DNA of 64,000 nucleotides from Candidatus Aenigmatarchaeota archaeon (GTDB lineage Archaea > Aenigmatarchaeota > Aenigmatarchaeia > Aenigmatarchaeales > JACQIB01): positions 96,001-160,000 of the forward strand of contig JACQIB010000001.1 in NCBI GenBank assembly GCA_016198755.1, written 5' to 3'. Positions 8,841-19,576 of this stretch are shown here, in pieces; the stretch's first letter is position 1; the number at the start of each line of letters is the position of its first letter. Both the position numbers and the translations under genes were made by a program. The notes beneath the pieces were generated by a model, which saw only the letters and a list, made by a program, of their open reading frames with translations, made no database searches and was not told the DNA's origin.

Positions 8841-9505
8841 GCTCCATGCCTTTCAAATTTCCGCGAATGAACTTTTCAGGAGACCATAATTTAGGTTTGT
8901 ATGGCTTTGCAACAGAATCCTATTGTTTACTCGGATTTTCAGATGCAGCAAAACCAGTCTCTTCAGCCCTTAAAGTTCCTGTTATAACTTCCACACTTTT
9001 TGGCACAGAGTTATGCGGTGTTTTTGCTGCAGGCAATGATAATGGCATTATTTTAACTCCAATGATTGAGAAGGAGGAGATAGCCAGCTTAAAAACCTCC
9101 CTAAAAAACCTAAACGTTCTTATTTTAGACACAAAATATACAGCAATAGGAAACCTTATTCTAACAAACAATAAAGGCTGTATTATTTCCCCCCTTCTCT
9201 CCCAGCACAGGAAAGAGATAGAAGAGTGTTTGGGGGTTCCAGTTGAATCAGGAAAAATAGGCGGGTTTGAAACAGTTGGCTCAGCAGCCTTAACAACAGA
9301 AAAAGGCTGTTTAACAACAAATACAGCTACTGAAGAAGAGCTGAAATGGATAGAATCTGTTTTAAAGGTAAAAACAGACCTTGGAACAGTTAGCCGCGGC
9401 AGCCCATTTATCCACTCAGCCCTTATAGTAAACAGTTTAGCAGCAATTTGTTCAGAGTCCTGTACAGGTCCTGAATTAGGAAGGATAGGTGAAGTCTTTG
9501 AGTAA
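8837..9505 (+). CDS. eif6: Translation initiation factor aIF6
   Basis: GNLILTNNKG, GTVSRGSPF, TGPELGRI; start may be 8846. Confidence 0.92.
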   Translation: MSSMPFKFPRMNFSGDHNLGLYGFATESYCLLGFSDAAKPVSSALKVPVITSTLFGTELCGVFAAGNDNGIILTPMIEKEEIASLKTSLKNLNVLILDTKYTAIGNLILTNNKGCIISPLLSQHRKEIEECLGVPVESGKIGGFETVGSAALTTEKGCLTTNTATEEELKWIESVLKVKTDLGTVSRGSPFIHSALIVNSLAAICSESCTGPELGRIGEVFE

Positions 9506-9536
9506 GCTTATAAACTTGAAAGAGAAAGTAGTGAAA

Positions 9537-9962
9537 ATGCCAGATAAGAAATCATCTGAAGAGGATATGAACAGAAAGGTTATGCAGGCCCAAATTCTCC
9601 AAGCCAATTTACAAATGCTTAGGGAACGTGCACAGAAGATTGTTGAGCATTATCAGGAACTAGATAATACAAAAAGAGCTCTTGAAGATCTTGGAAAAAC
9701 AAAAAATTCTGAGGCGCTGGTTCCGGTTGGCTCAGGTTCCTATGTTAAAGGGTCGGTTTCTGACACAAGCAAGGTTATTGTAAGCATTGGTGCAAATATA
9801 GCAGTTAAAAAATCAGGTGCAGATGCTGTAAAGCTTATGGAAGAAAGGATGGACGAGGCACAAAGAATTCTCGGGGAGATAGTTGAGCAGGAACAGTCCC
9901 TTGCAGCTCAGCTACAAAGGCTGCAGCCAGAGCTGCAGGATATGGCTTCCCAGGGCAACTAG
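9537..9962 (+). CDS. pfdA: Prefoldin alpha subunit
   Basis: LVPVGSGSYVKG, VIVSIGA hairpins between coiled coils. Confidence 0.92.
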   Translation: MPDKKSSEEDMNRKVMQAQILQANLQMLRERAQKIVEHYQELDNTKRALEDLGKTKNSEALVPVGSGSYVKGSVSDTSKVIVSIGANIAVKKSGADAVKLMEERMDEAQRILGEIVEQEQSLAAQLQRLQPELQDMASQGN

Positions 9963-10040
9963 TTAGATAACCATTTATGAAAAAGCAGAAGGCTGCTTGA
10001 ACAACCCAGATTTAAGAATGTTCCCTTCCATACCTAAAAG

Positions 10041-11393
10041 ATGTTCAGTTTCCTAAAAAAGAAGCTAAAGGAGGGTGTTGAGAAACTCTCTTCTGCCCTA
10101 TCTAGCAAGCCTGATGCAGAGGAAAAGCCTGCAGAACCTATACCAGTTCCTTTAGAACACTCCGTTTTACAGGAGCCTTTCCCAGAGCCAGAAAAGGAAG
10201 AAGTTTCAGTTTCTCCAGAACATCTGAAAACAGTTGATGAAAAGAAAGAAGAAGCAGTTCCCGTACCTTTGCAAGAAGAAAGAAAACCTGCAGAGGCTGT
10301 TGAAGAACTAAAAGAAAAAGAAGAGGGCCCTGTTCCTACAATTCCAGAAGAAACTCCCCTCCCAGAGAAACCCGAGGAAGAACTTCCAAAACCTGTTAAA
10401 CCTATAGAGGAAAAGACAGAACCGGAAATACTGAAAAAAGAAATTAAACTAGAAAAGAAAATCCTGCGCGAGGAAAAGAAAATAGAAACAGAGCTGCAAA
10501 GTGGAAAAGAGAAAAAAACAGGTTTTCTTGAGAAGCTGAAAAAGGCAGTAAAGGAAAAGGAGATAGAAGAGCAGGATATTACGCCTATATTAATAGAGCT
10601 GGAGACAGACCTGCTGGAAAGTGATGTTGCTTTAGAGGTTACGGAAAAGATTGTTTCCAGCCTGAAAAAAGACCTTTTAGGCAAAAGCATAAAGCGCTCC
10701 GAGGATTTAGAAGCTCTGATAAAGAAAAGCCTAAAGAAAAGCATTCTGGAAGTTCTTTCTGTCCCGTCAATCAGCATAGAACAATTGGCAAAGCAAAAGA
10801 AACCTCTAAAGATAGTGTTTTTGGGCTTTAACGGTGCTGGGAAAACCACATCCATTGCAAGGCTGGCTCACTACCTGAAAAACAAAGGCTTTTCCACAAT
10901 ACTGGCTGCAGCAGACACATGGAGAGCAGCCAGTATAGAACAGTTAGAGGAACATGCTGCGCGGCTTGAAGTTCCAATTGTTAAGCACAAATACCAGTCA
11001 GACCCTGCAGCAGTTATTTTCGATACAATTAAAGCAGCAGAAAGCAGGGGAATAGACATTGTGCTTGCAGATACAGCTGGCCGCTCTCAAGCAAACACAA
11101 ACCTTATGGACGAACTGAAGAAAATAATCCGTGTAAACAAGCCGGATTTGAAGATTTTGGTTATAGATGCTCTCACAGGAAACGATTCTGTGGAACAGGC
11201 AAAGCTTTTCAATGAGGCAGTTGGAGTTGATGGAATTATAGTTACAAAGGCAGATGTGTACGAGAAAGGCGGGGCTTTGCTCTCAGCAGTCCACTCAATA
11301 AAGAAACCAATCCTGTTTATAGGCGTTGGCCAAGAGTACGGAGACTTTAAGCCCTTTGTTGCTGAAGAAGTTGTGGAAAGCCTTCTTTCATAA
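10041..11393 (+). CDS. ftsY: SRP receptor FtsY
   Basis: Acidic N-terminus; GFNGAGKTT, DTWRAAS, DTAGR, TKAD. Confidence 0.96.
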   Translation: MFSFLKKKLKEGVEKLSSALSSKPDAEEKPAEPIPVPLEHSVLQEPFPEPEKEEVSVSPEHLKTVDEKKEEAVPVPLQEERKPAEAVEELKEKEEGPVPTIPEETPLPEKPEEELPKPVKPIEEKTEPEILKKEIKLEKKILREEKKIETELQSGKEKKTGFLEKLKKAVKEKEIEEQDITPILIELETDLLESDVALEVTEKIVSSLKKDLLGKSIKRSEDLEALIKKSLKKSILEVLSVPSISIEQLAKQKKPLKIVFLGFNGAGKTTSIARLAHYLKNKGFSTILAAADTWRAASIEQLEEHAARLEVPIVKHKYQSDPAAVIFDTIKAAESRGIDIVLADTAGRSQANTNLMDELKKIIRVNKPDLKILVIDALTGNDSVEQAKLFNEAVGVDGIIVTKADVYEKGGALLSAVHSIKKPILFIGVGQEYGDFKPFVAEEVVESLLS

Positions 11394-11425
11394 TTGTTTT
11401 TATTCTCCCTCACCCAACAACCCCT

Positions 11426-11971
11426 ATGAAAAAGCCCTATTCAATTATTGTAGGCAGATTCCAGCCTTTTCATTTAGGCCATTTGCAGGCTGTTCTATTA
11501 GCTAGTAAAAAGTACAGGAAAGTGGGTATAGGAATTTTCCATCCTTCCTTTGGAAAGCCAAATAAAACCAAAGTTTTCATGCCTCATGCTTTTGACAAGG
11601 AATGTAATCCATTCCCCTATTCTTTAGTAAAGAAAATAGTTTTCGCAGCTCTAAAGGAAGCAAAAATCCACAATTTTGTGCTGTTCAAGTTTTACCCTAC
11701 AATGGTCTATCCATTCTCAAAATTCAAGCAAAACCTGCCATTTCCCTTAAAGAACTCAGAGTTTTTTATAGCCAAAAAGGGGGGCTCAAACAAAGTTATG
11801 AAAAGAATACTGGAAGCAGGTGGAACCTACAGAACCCACAGTATTTTTAAAACAGGCTCCCGCACGATAAACGGTACAGAAATCCGCAGGCTTTATTTCT
11901 CCAATAATAAAAAGTGGGAAAAGCAGGTTCCGCCAGCAGTAAGGAAAATATTGCTTAACTGGAGAAAATAA
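11426..11971 (+). CDS. Cytidyltransferase/NMN adenylyltransferase-like protein
   Basis: GRFQPFHLGH, NPF, INGTEIR. Confidence 0.8.
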   Translation: MKKPYSIIVGRFQPFHLGHLQAVLLASKKYRKVGIGIFHPSFGKPNKTKVFMPHAFDKECNPFPYSLVKKIVFAALKEAKIHNFVLFKFYPTMVYPFSKFKQNLPFPLKNSEFFIAKKGGSNKVMKRILEAGGTYRTHSIFKTGSRTINGTEIRRLYFSNNKKWEKQVPPAVRKILLNWRK

Positions 11972-11974
11972 CTA

Positions 11975-12976
11975 CTATTTACCCAAAATCCCTTTATAGA
12001 ACTTTATTGTTTCTCTCAGTCCATCTTCCAGCTTAACTTTTGGACTATATCCCAATGTCTTTGCCTTTGTAAGATCAGGCTTCCTTCTGAGCGGATCATC
12101 CTTTGGCAGTTCCTTAAAAACAATATTTGATTCAGTTCCGGTCAATTCCGTTACAATATTCGCAAGCTCCAGAACACTCATTTCATTATCATTCCCAACA
12201 TTCACTATCATCCCTTTTGTTCCTTCTCTGAACAATAGCAAAAGCATGCCTGCAACAGTATCTGTAACATAGCAGAAAGATCGTGTTTGTTTTCCTGTTC
12301 CATAAACAGTTAAAGGCTCCCCAACGAGAGCTTGGCATACAAAGTTTGGAACAACCCTTCCATACTGCCCATATCTTTTCATTTTTGGACCATAAGTATT
12401 GAAAATTCTTACGATTCTCCCATCCACCTTCCTATTTTGAATAAACGCCCTTACCAAAACCTCCCCAACTCTCTTAGACTCATCATAGCAAGCTCTCGGC
12501 CCAAGAACACTCACATTCCCATTATACTCCTCCTTCAGCGGAAGTGCCTCAGCAGGAGGGTTCCCATAAACCTCACTCGTGCTTGCAAACAGGAACTTCG
12601 CACCCGTTTTTTCTGCTAATTCCAGCATATTTCTGGTTCCCAGAATGTTAGCATCCATTATCTCTATAGGGTGTTCTATGAAAGCAGTAGGATCAGCCAT
12701 GCTTGCTAAATGTAAAATAAAATCAAACTTCCCTTCAGGCTTTGAGTTTTCTGCTCTTTCATTCAAAACCTCAACCCTGCTGTCCTTAGAAATGTTATCT
12801 ACATTTCCTGTTGAAAGATTATCTATAACAACTATTCTTCCAGCCCCCATTTTTAGCAAACAATCAACCAAATGTGAGCCTATAAACCCAGCTCCTCCAG
12901 TAACGAGGAACATTCTTCCTTTTACTTCTCCCAAAAATGGTTCAAGCTCTTTCGGAACATTTTCAAAGCTAATCAT
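11975..12976 (-). CDS. UDP-glucuronate decarboxylase-like NAD-dependent epimerase/dehydratase
   Basis: TGGAGFIGSH, ASTSEVYG, YDESKR, RIFNTYGP. Confidence 0.92.
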   Translation of the reverse strand: MISFENVPKELEPFLGEVKGRMFLVTGGAGFIGSHLVDCLLKMGAGRIVVIDNLSTGNVDNISKDSRVEVLNERAENSKPEGKFDFILHLASMADPTAFIEHPIEIMDANILGTRNMLELAEKTGAKFLFASTSEVYGNPPAEALPLKEEYNGNVSVLGPRACYDESKRVGEVLVRAFIQNRKVDGRIVRIFNTYGPKMKRYGQYGRVVPNFVCQALVGEPLTVYGTGKQTRSFCYVTDTVAGMLLLLFREGTKGMIVNVGNDNEMSVLELANIVTELTGTESNIVFKELPKDDPLRRKPDLTKAKTLGYSPKVKLEDGLRETIKFYKGILGK

Positions 12977-13059
12977 ACCTAAACTAAAGAAAGCAAGCTT
13001 TTAAAGCATTTCGGAACCGCATAGCAGCCCTTATAAACCCTTGCTTACTAATTCTCAGA

Positions 13060-14385
13060 ATGCTAGAAAAACTTGGAAAGGGGCTGCGCTCAGCCTTGGA
13101 TAAGGTTACAAAAGCAGGCTATGTTGATTCTGCTGTTATTGAAAGCTTGGCAGAGGAGATAAGGAAAACCCTTATATCAGGTGATGTGGATGTTGCTTTG
13201 GCTGGTAAATTAGCTGAGGCAATAAAACAACGGGCTGGAAAAGAAAAGCCGCCTGCAGGGCTTTCAGCGCGCGAGCATGTTATAAGGATTGTTTATGAGG
13301 AACTTGTAAAGTTTGTTGGAAAAAAGCCTGATATAAATTTGAAACCAAGAAAACTGCTGGTTGTGGGATTGTTCGGATCCGGAAAAACCACCTCACTTGG
13401 AAAATTAGCAAAGTTCTATCAAAAGAAGGGACTAAAAGTTGGACTAATCGGCTGTGATGTGCACAGGCCAGCTGCAATGGATCAGATACAGCAGGTTGCA
13501 AAGCAGTGTGCAGTTCCTGTCTATGCCCCGAAAGGACAGAAAGATCCGTTGGCTATAGTAAAAACAGGTATAGAACAGTTAAGCCCGCGTGCAGATTTGC
13601 TTTTATTTGACAGTTCAGGGCGTTCTTCTCTTGATAAAGAACTGGCTGAAGAATTAAAAACCCTTGCAAAAGATATTGAGCCTGATGAAGTTCTTTTGGT
13701 TATACCAGCAGACTTGGGGCAGGCAGCTAGGGAACAGGCTGAAGGCTTTTCTAAACTGGTAGGTATAACAGGGGTGTTTATAACAAAAATGGATGGAACA
13801 GCAAAGGCAGGAGGAGCATTAACAGCCTGCTCTGTTTCCGGAGCTCCTGTAAAGTTTATTGGTATAGGGGAAAAGCTGGAAGCTATAGAGGTTTTCGATC
13901 CTGAAAACTTTGTTTCACGTTTGTTGGGTTTTCCAGATCTGAAAACTTTGCTGGAAAAGGCAAAAGAAGCAATACCGCAGGAAAAGGCAAAAGAACTTAC
14001 AGAAAGATTAATGGAAGGGAAATTCACCCTTGATGATTTTTATGAGCAGATTAAGGCTGTTGGAAAGATGGGGGGTCTTGGAGATATGCTTGGTTCAGCT
14101 ATGCCTGTACCTAAAGGAGTTGATTTGGACCAGCAGGAGAAAAAAATGAAAAAATGGGGATTTGCAATCCAGTCTATGACAAAAAAAGAAAGGGCAGAAC
14201 CCAATCTATTGAACGAAAGCAGGATAAGGAGGATTAGCAAAGGTTCAGGTATATCAGAGTCGCAGATAAAAGAAATGTTAAAGGCTTATGATCAGGCGCG
14301 CAAAGTCTCTAAATTAATCTCAGCAGGTGGGATGAAAAGGGGAATGCTTGCACAGATTGCAAAAAGGTTTAAGGGGATTGCGTGA
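13060..14385 (+). CDS. srp54: Signal recognition particle protein SRP54
   Basis: GSGKTT, DVHRPAA, TKMDGTAKAGGAL, M domain. Confidence 0.96.
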   Translation: MLEKLGKGLRSALDKVTKAGYVDSAVIESLAEEIRKTLISGDVDVALAGKLAEAIKQRAGKEKPPAGLSAREHVIRIVYEELVKFVGKKPDINLKPRKLLVVGLFGSGKTTSLGKLAKFYQKKGLKVGLIGCDVHRPAAMDQIQQVAKQCAVPVYAPKGQKDPLAIVKTGIEQLSPRADLLLFDSSGRSSLDKELAEELKTLAKDIEPDEVLLVIPADLGQAAREQAEGFSKLVGITGVFITKMDGTAKAGGALTACSVSGAPVKFIGIGEKLEAIEVFDPENFVSRLLGFPDLKTLLEKAKEAIPQEKAKELTERLMEGKFTLDDFYEQIKAVGKMGGLGDMLGSAMPVPKGVDLDQQEKKMKKWGFAIQSMTKKERAEPNLLNESRIRRISKGSGISESQIKEMLKAYDQARKVSKLISAGGMKRGMLAQIAKRFKGIA

Positions 14386-14966
14386 GAACCTTTATTTTAT
14401 GGTCGCATGCACGGACAGATTCCAACTTTAATATAGAGGATCTTCCAAGCTCAGGCTCGCGCATGGATATAGTCTGCCGCTCAATAATCTCAGCTCTCTG
14501 GGTTTCCTATACAATAAGGAAAGACTCTGAAATATATGTGGTTTTGAACGGTTCTCCAGACCCACCCAAAACCCTGCTTTTCAGGGCAGCAGAACTGAAA
14601 AAAGTAACAAATGATGAGCGCTCAATAGCTATTTGGATAAAGAAAGTTTTATCTTCTCCAGCTACAAAAGAACTTAAGCAGATAAAAGATGGAATTTATT
14701 TATCCTCAGACAGCTTCCAGTCCCTGTTAAAAAAACTAAAAGGCAGACCAGTCTATGTTTTTCATGAAACAGGAACTCCAATACAGCAGGCTAAACTGGA
14801 AAAAGATGCTGTTTTTGTTTTCGGTGATCACAAGGGAATACCTGAAAAAGAGGAGAAATTTGCACTCCGTTCAGGTTCCAGAGTTTCCATTGGTTCCGAG
14901 TCCTATCTTACAAGTTCTGTTATATCTGTTGTTCACTGGATTTTAGATTCTTCCGGTGTGGTATAA
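14382..14966 (+). CDS. trmY: tRNA pseudouridine-54 N1-methyltransferase (SPOUT)
   Basis: DLPSSGSRMDIVCR, DERS, FVFGDHKG. Confidence 0.88.
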   Translation: MRTFILWSHARTDSNFNIEDLPSSGSRMDIVCRSIISALWVSYTIRKDSEIYVVLNGSPDPPKTLLFRAAELKKVTNDERSIAIWIKKVLSSPATKELKQIKDGIYLSSDSFQSLLKKLKGRPVYVFHETGTPIQQAKLEKDAVFVFGDHKGIPEKEEKFALRSGSRVSIGSESYLTSSVISVVHWILDSSGVV

Positions 14967-14969
14967 TAA

Positions 14970-15467
14970 TTATTGTGCTTCTATCTCAATAATATTATCT
15001 AAAATGGTTCTTACAGCTCCTCCAGCTTCAGAACTGCCGCCTATTATTTTTACATTCAATTTTCTATTAATAACAACAGGAGTGAATTTTGTATCAAATC
15101 TGCGATCTATAGGTATTCTAAATCCATGACCCATGCGCCTTTCAAGCTCTGTACCAGCCAATTTCTGTAAAGTACTATAATTATATTCCCCGTCAGTCAA
15201 ACCAAGAACAACTTTATATTGTGGCGTTTCTGGCCTAACACCACGTTGCATAGAGGTTTCTTTTATTAGAGTTGCTTCCATTCCAGGATATCCATACAAT
15301 CTTCCAACAACAGCGCACCCCTCATAAACAATGCGGCCACGGACATCGTAAACAACAGCTACCCTGTTAGGATAAGTAATAGTATCAAATGCCTTCCAAA
15401 ATACTCTAACTCCATTTTGTGTAGCCAAAAATTGTTGTGATGGATCTTCTACTGTTCTAACTGTCAT
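14970..15467 (-). CDS. Hypothetical protein
   Basis: 165-aa ORF filling the gap; no motif. Confidence 0.55.
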   Translation of the reverse strand: MTVRTVEDPSQQFLATQNGVRVFWKAFDTITYPNRVAVVYDVRGRIVYEGCAVVGRLYGYPGMEATLIKETSMQRGVRPETPQYKVVLGLTDGEYNYSTLQKLAGTELERRMGHGFRIPIDRRFDTKFTPVVINRKLNVKIIGGSSEAGGAVRTILDNIIEIEAQ

Positions 15468-15521
15468 GTATTCTATGGCAATAGAGAACGATTTAAATAG
15501 ATTTCTTTCCCTCTTTTCTGT

Positions 15522-16196
15522 ATGACAAAGACTCTATTCAGTTGGGACTTAAACGGTACTCTATTTGCAGAGCCAGCTACCCTGAACACAGCTGCTCTGC
15601 AGGCTGTAATGGATAATCATGGAATAAAACGGGCTGTTGCTGGCTGGGAAACAGTTTCCGGTGGTTGGGATAGGATAGGCATACTTGCTCCTGAGCTTGG
15701 TTATAATAAAGAAGTTGTTATGGAATTTCAGGCACATAGGGAAAGGCTTCTAAAGCTCCCAGAATACAGGCCAGCTCCATTTGCAGGCACAAAGGAAGCT
15801 CTCAGGAGAGTAAAGGAGAATAGAGATGACAATATTCTTGTATCTACAGTAATAGGTAAGGATATTTATGATATTCTTAATCAGGATCCGGAAATAAGAA
15901 GCAGAATAGACGCTGTTTACAGCGCAGGTGATGAGCTGTTTAAGGACCACCCAGGGAGAGATCCCCTGACTTTTTCAACACTGCTCCCAGAATACAAAGC
16001 TAGGCTCATAGATGGACACTTCAGGAAAGGGCAGTATGGAAGGGTTGTTTTGGCTGGAAATAAGAACAGGGACTTTGCTTTAGGAGTAGAGTTTGGTGTT
16101 CCAACAACAACCTTCCTTATAAGAGCTCAGGGAAAAGCAGACTTTATTGTGCAGGATCCGTTGGATGTAGTGAAAACAGTTTATGCCTCAGCTTAA
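15522..16196 (+). CDS. HAD-superfamily hydrolase-like protein
   Basis: WDLNGTL motif I variant, GNKNRD motif IV variant. Confidence 0.7.
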   Translation: MTKTLFSWDLNGTLFAEPATLNTAALQAVMDNHGIKRAVAGWETVSGGWDRIGILAPELGYNKEVVMEFQAHRERLLKLPEYRPAPFAGTKEALRRVKENRDDNILVSTVIGKDIYDILNQDPEIRSRIDAVYSAGDELFKDHPGRDPLTFSTLLPEYKARLIDGHFRKGQYGRVVLAGNKNRDFALGVEFGVPTTTFLIRAQGKADFIVQDPLDVVKTVYASA

Positions 16197-16198
16197 TC

Positions 16199-16648
16199 TC
16201 ATTCATTCTTTGGGGGTTTAATTTTCCTTATTTCATATGTTCCGCGATGTCTATCAGCCCTCAGTTTATCAGACAAACCTACGAACGACGAGTCATATGC
16301 AATAACACGTTCCTCCTCTCCCACTTTTGCCACAGCAACATAGTTCCCTCCAAACCTTCCCTGCAAATACTCGAAATTCAAACTTCCATCAGGATTGTTC
16401 ATTGGTTTTTCTTCCTTTTTTGCAGTTGGTAGCGTAGGATTAGGAACTTGTGGAGGGTTTACAAAACCTCCCGTAGTTGTATCCTTTATCTTATAATCAT
16501 TCTGTCCAAGTCCGCGCGTTGTTAGTCCTTTTACTACATCATCCAGAATATCTCCCCCCAAAATAGGTTTATCTGTATTTGTTCTGAAAGCAATATACCT
16601 AGGTTCATTTACCATGTTACTGTTTCCCATAGCAAAACTTAAATACAT
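16199..16648 (-). CDS. Hypothetical protein
   Basis: 149-aa ORF; start uncertain. Confidence 0.5.
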   Translation of the reverse strand: MYLSFAMGNSNMVNEPRYIAFRTNTDKPILGGDILDDVVKGLTTRGLGQNDYKIKDTTTGGFVNPPQVPNPTLPTAKKEEKPMNNPDGSLNFEYLQGRFGGNYVAVAKVGEEERVIAYDSSFVGLSDKLRADRHRGTYEIRKIKPPKNE

Positions 16649-16698
16649 GCCTATAGAGAACAGTCAGACTTTTATACAGCAATAGATAAACCTAGCCT

Positions 16699-17940
16699 AT
16701 GCTTGAATTAGCAAGGAAGATTCTGCAGCAGTCAGTCTGTTTAAACTGTTTAGGCAGGCAGTTTTCACAGCTTCTGTCAGGTTTTACAAACAGGGAGCGC
16801 GGAACCTTTATTCTCTCTGCTATTGCTCTTGGAATAGATTCCGGTAAGGTTACTATAGATGGGTTGGCTCCGGAAAACTTTCTGGGCTTCCGCTTCCGCC
16901 ATAACAAGGATTTCAATTCTCTTGTGGAAAAAGCAGAAGAAAAGGAATGTTCCCTCTGTTTTGGGTTTTTTGAGAATATAGGTAAATTCTCAGGCAGGGT
17001 TGCAACGCGTTTGAAAGGCATTGATTTTCAGACATTTTTGGTTGGAACACAGCTTTCTGAAAACCTTTTGCAAGCAGAGGAAAGGCTTTGGGAAAAAACA
17101 GGAATAGATTACTGCGAACCCTTAAGAGCTGAAATAAACAGGGAAGTTGGAAAACAGATAGAAAAAATTATAGGAAAGCACGCAGACCTGAAAAAGCCTG
17201 ATATTTCAATTCTGCTTGATCTCCAGAATAACAGGATAAAACTCCAGACAAATCCATTCTTCCTTTTCGGTTATTACAAGAAACTAAAGCGCGGTTTCCC
17301 GCAGTGTAAATGGGGCACACCCAGAAAATACAAAACCTCAGTTGAAGAGGAGATAGGAAGGCCGTTGTTAAAACTTACAAATGGAGGAGACCACAAGTTT
17401 CATGCAGCTGGAAGAGAGGATATTGATGCGCGCTGTTTAGACTGGAGAGCATTTGTTGTTGAAATAGACAGGCCAAAATTAAGGGAAATTGACTTAAAAA
17501 AACTGGAAAAACAGATAAAAAAGGGCAAAAGGGTTTTGGTAAGCGGCCTAAGACATTCTGATATGGAAATAGTTAGAAAAATAAAGAAAGCAGCACCAGA
17601 TAAAACCTACAGAGCTCTTGTACAATTAGACATACCTGTAGGAAAGAAAGAGCTGAAAAATATGAACAAGCTTTTGGGAAAAATAGAGCAGAGAACACCT
17701 GAAAGGGTTTTACACAGGAGAGCTGATTTGCTCCGCAGCAGGGAAGTGAAATCCCTGAAATGGAAACTAAAGGGTAAAAAATCTATGGAACTTGTTGTAA
17801 AGGGAAGTGCAGGCCTATATATCAAAGAACTTATTTCCGGTGATAACGGCAGAACTGTCCCTTCAGTTTCTGAACTTTTGGGCTGCAGCGCAAAGTGCAA
17901 AGAATTGGATGTTGTTAAAATAGAGAAAATCAAGCTATAG
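16699..17940 (+). CDS. pus10: tRNA pseudouridine 54/55 synthase Pus10
   Basis: CLNCLGRQF, FHAAGREDIDAR, QRTPERVLHRRAD, GLYIKELISGD. Confidence 0.96.
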   Translation: MLELARKILQQSVCLNCLGRQFSQLLSGFTNRERGTFILSAIALGIDSGKVTIDGLAPENFLGFRFRHNKDFNSLVEKAEEKECSLCFGFFENIGKFSGRVATRLKGIDFQTFLVGTQLSENLLQAEERLWEKTGIDYCEPLRAEINREVGKQIEKIIGKHADLKKPDISILLDLQNNRIKLQTNPFFLFGYYKKLKRGFPQCKWGTPRKYKTSVEEEIGRPLLKLTNGGDHKFHAAGREDIDARCLDWRAFVVEIDRPKLREIDLKKLEKQIKKGKRVLVSGLRHSDMEIVRKIKKAAPDKTYRALVQLDIPVGKKELKNMNKLLGKIEQRTPERVLHRRADLLRSREVKSLKWKLKGKKSMELVVKGSAGLYIKELISGDNGRTVPSVSELLGCSAKCKELDVVKIEKIKL

Positions 17941-18463
17941 GTTTTACTTCCAGCGCCTCCATTAAAGAGTCCACATCAGCTTTTGTCTGCTCTTCCGTAT
18001 AGTTATTGTCTATCCCAAAATCAGGATCTATGGAATCTATAAGTTTCTCTGAAGGAGCATTGTCTATTGCCTCAAAGGTTTTGAAATCTATACCATCCCT
18101 TTTAGAAACCCTCTCAAACCTTGTTTTTGCGTTGCAGTCAATATAGATTATTTTCGCTCCCTTAGCTTTCAGAGCCTCAGCCTCTTCAATACTCCTGATA
18201 CCATTAAAAACAGCCCTTTCCTTCGCTCTTTCAAGAGCCCTCTTAGCTAGAACATCTCCCCCAAACCGTTTCCTCATTTCCTCCCCCATAGCCTGTAAAT
18301 TCTCCCTATTTTTATCCTTTCCCTCTCTCTCCAATTCCTCTCTTATAATATCGCTGAATCTTATAACCACAAACCCATACTTTTCTTTCAGATAGATGGC
18401 TACAGCATCTTTACCGCATCCTATCCTTCCAACAAGACCAACGAATACTGTTTCTTTTATCAT
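17930..18463 (-). CDS. Dephospho-CoA/nucleotide kinase-like P-loop protein
   Basis: GRIGCGKD P-loop, RENLQ, GIRS.EE. Confidence 0.8.
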   Translation of the reverse strand: MIKETVFVGLVGRIGCGKDAVAIYLKEKYGFVVIRFSDIIREELEREGKDKNRENLQAMGEEMRKRFGGDVLAKRALERAKERAVFNGIRSIEEAEALKAKGAKIIYIDCNAKTRFERVSKRDGIDFKTFEAIDNAPSEKLIDSIDPDFGIDNNYTEEQTKADVDSLMEALEVKPIA

Positions 18464-18516
18464 CCCAAAGAATAATAGGAGAAGGTTTATAAGCCTTCCC
18501 AACAATTTACTTGCCT

Positions 18517-18795
18517 ATGGTATCAAAGTCACATGGACCGCAGCATAAGACAAGGGAGAAGTTTAGGAACCCAGCGAAATTAAGGGTCACAGACTACATC
18601 AAAAGTCTTAAATCAGGTGATGTAGTAGCTCTGGTTGTAAACAGCTCCTCACAGAAAGGCAGACCTTTCCGCAGGTTTCATGGTTTAACAGGAAAAGTTT
18701 TGAGGGCACAGGGCCGCTCTTTTGTTGTAGAAGTCTATGACGGGGATATGCGCAAGCAGGTAATAGCCCGCCCAGAGCACATCAAAAAGCTCTAA
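18517..18795 (+). CDS. rpl21e: 50S ribosomal protein L21e
   Basis: KGRPFRRFHGLTGKV, RPEHIK. Confidence 0.95.
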   Translation: MVSKSHGPQHKTREKFRNPAKLRVTDYIKSLKSGDVVALVVNSSSQKGRPFRRFHGLTGKVLRAQGRSFVVEVYDGDMRKQVIARPEHIKKL

Positions 18796-18839
18796 AATCA
18801 ATCTTTTAATCCTTTTCTTTACTACAATCCTCGGTTAAA

Positions 18840-19538
18840 ATGTCAACATATGAGCTATTAGTAGATAAGAAACCTGTAAGTGCTGCACTTCCGGCTACAA
18901 TGATGAAAATTGAAAATATTTCCCTTCAAGTGTCGCCAAAAGAAAAATGGGATGAAGATGAGCAGAGAAAATTTGAAGATGTAAGTATTTCTGTATTTGA
19001 ACTCAGTGTTTCTGATAGCCCACAACCTCCTGCTTTTATAAGAAGCAGGGAACAGCTGGCAAGAAGGGTTGCTTCTATTGGACCAGAGGGAGTTGATATG
19101 GGAGAATTAACAGGCCTAATTCACGAAGGAAAAAAGGAATTTTCCACAGCACCGAATGAAAATAAGGTTTATGATATGTTTGTTATGGGTAAGTCCAGAA
19201 GCGGCATAAGAAATCGTGTGGGCTTTATGAGATGGTCAAAAGAAAGTTATGGAAATTCTCCCCTGTTAAATGTTGAGGAAGCCAAATACCTTGTTCTGGA
19301 AAGCCTTGGAATTGAACAAAAAAGTGTTAGTGGTGTGCGTGCACAAGTAGGCATTGCAAGAATGCGCTACCCAAATGGTGTTGTTTTCCCTGGAATATGT
19401 TTTGCATACGATAACAATAGGCATAGTGGACTTTCTTTATTTAGTTATTCTCTGCTTAATGCCAATTGCCTATTAGACGGCAGAATAGCGCATAGTTCTA
19501 GACATATGCTACCCTCTCCTCCACAATTGGCAGCATAG
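18840..19538 (+). CDS. Hypothetical protein
   Basis: 232-aa ORF; no motif. Confidence 0.55.
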   Translation: MSTYELLVDKKPVSAALPATMMKIENISLQVSPKEKWDEDEQRKFEDVSISVFELSVSDSPQPPAFIRSREQLARRVASIGPEGVDMGELTGLIHEGKKEFSTAPNENKVYDMFVMGKSRSGIRNRVGFMRWSKESYGNSPLLNVEEAKYLVLESLGIEQKSVSGVRAQVGIARMRYPNGVVFPGICFAYDNNRHSGLSLFSYSLLNANCLLDGRIAHSSRHMLPSPPQLAA

Positions 19539-19576
19539 GAGTCCATTTAAATTCTCTTTTTCCCTATTCTAGCAAC

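Noticed and set aside
10034-10855. Long antisense ORFs opposite ftsY, rpoB, eif2g, infB and others
   Set aside because: Ser/Phe-rich shadows of Lys/Glu-rich genes with no motifs.
14382-17940. trmY and pus10 as partners of the T-arm introns
   Set aside because: Both sit in ordinary archaeal contexts (near srp54 and rpl21e); nothing in the sequence links them to the introns.
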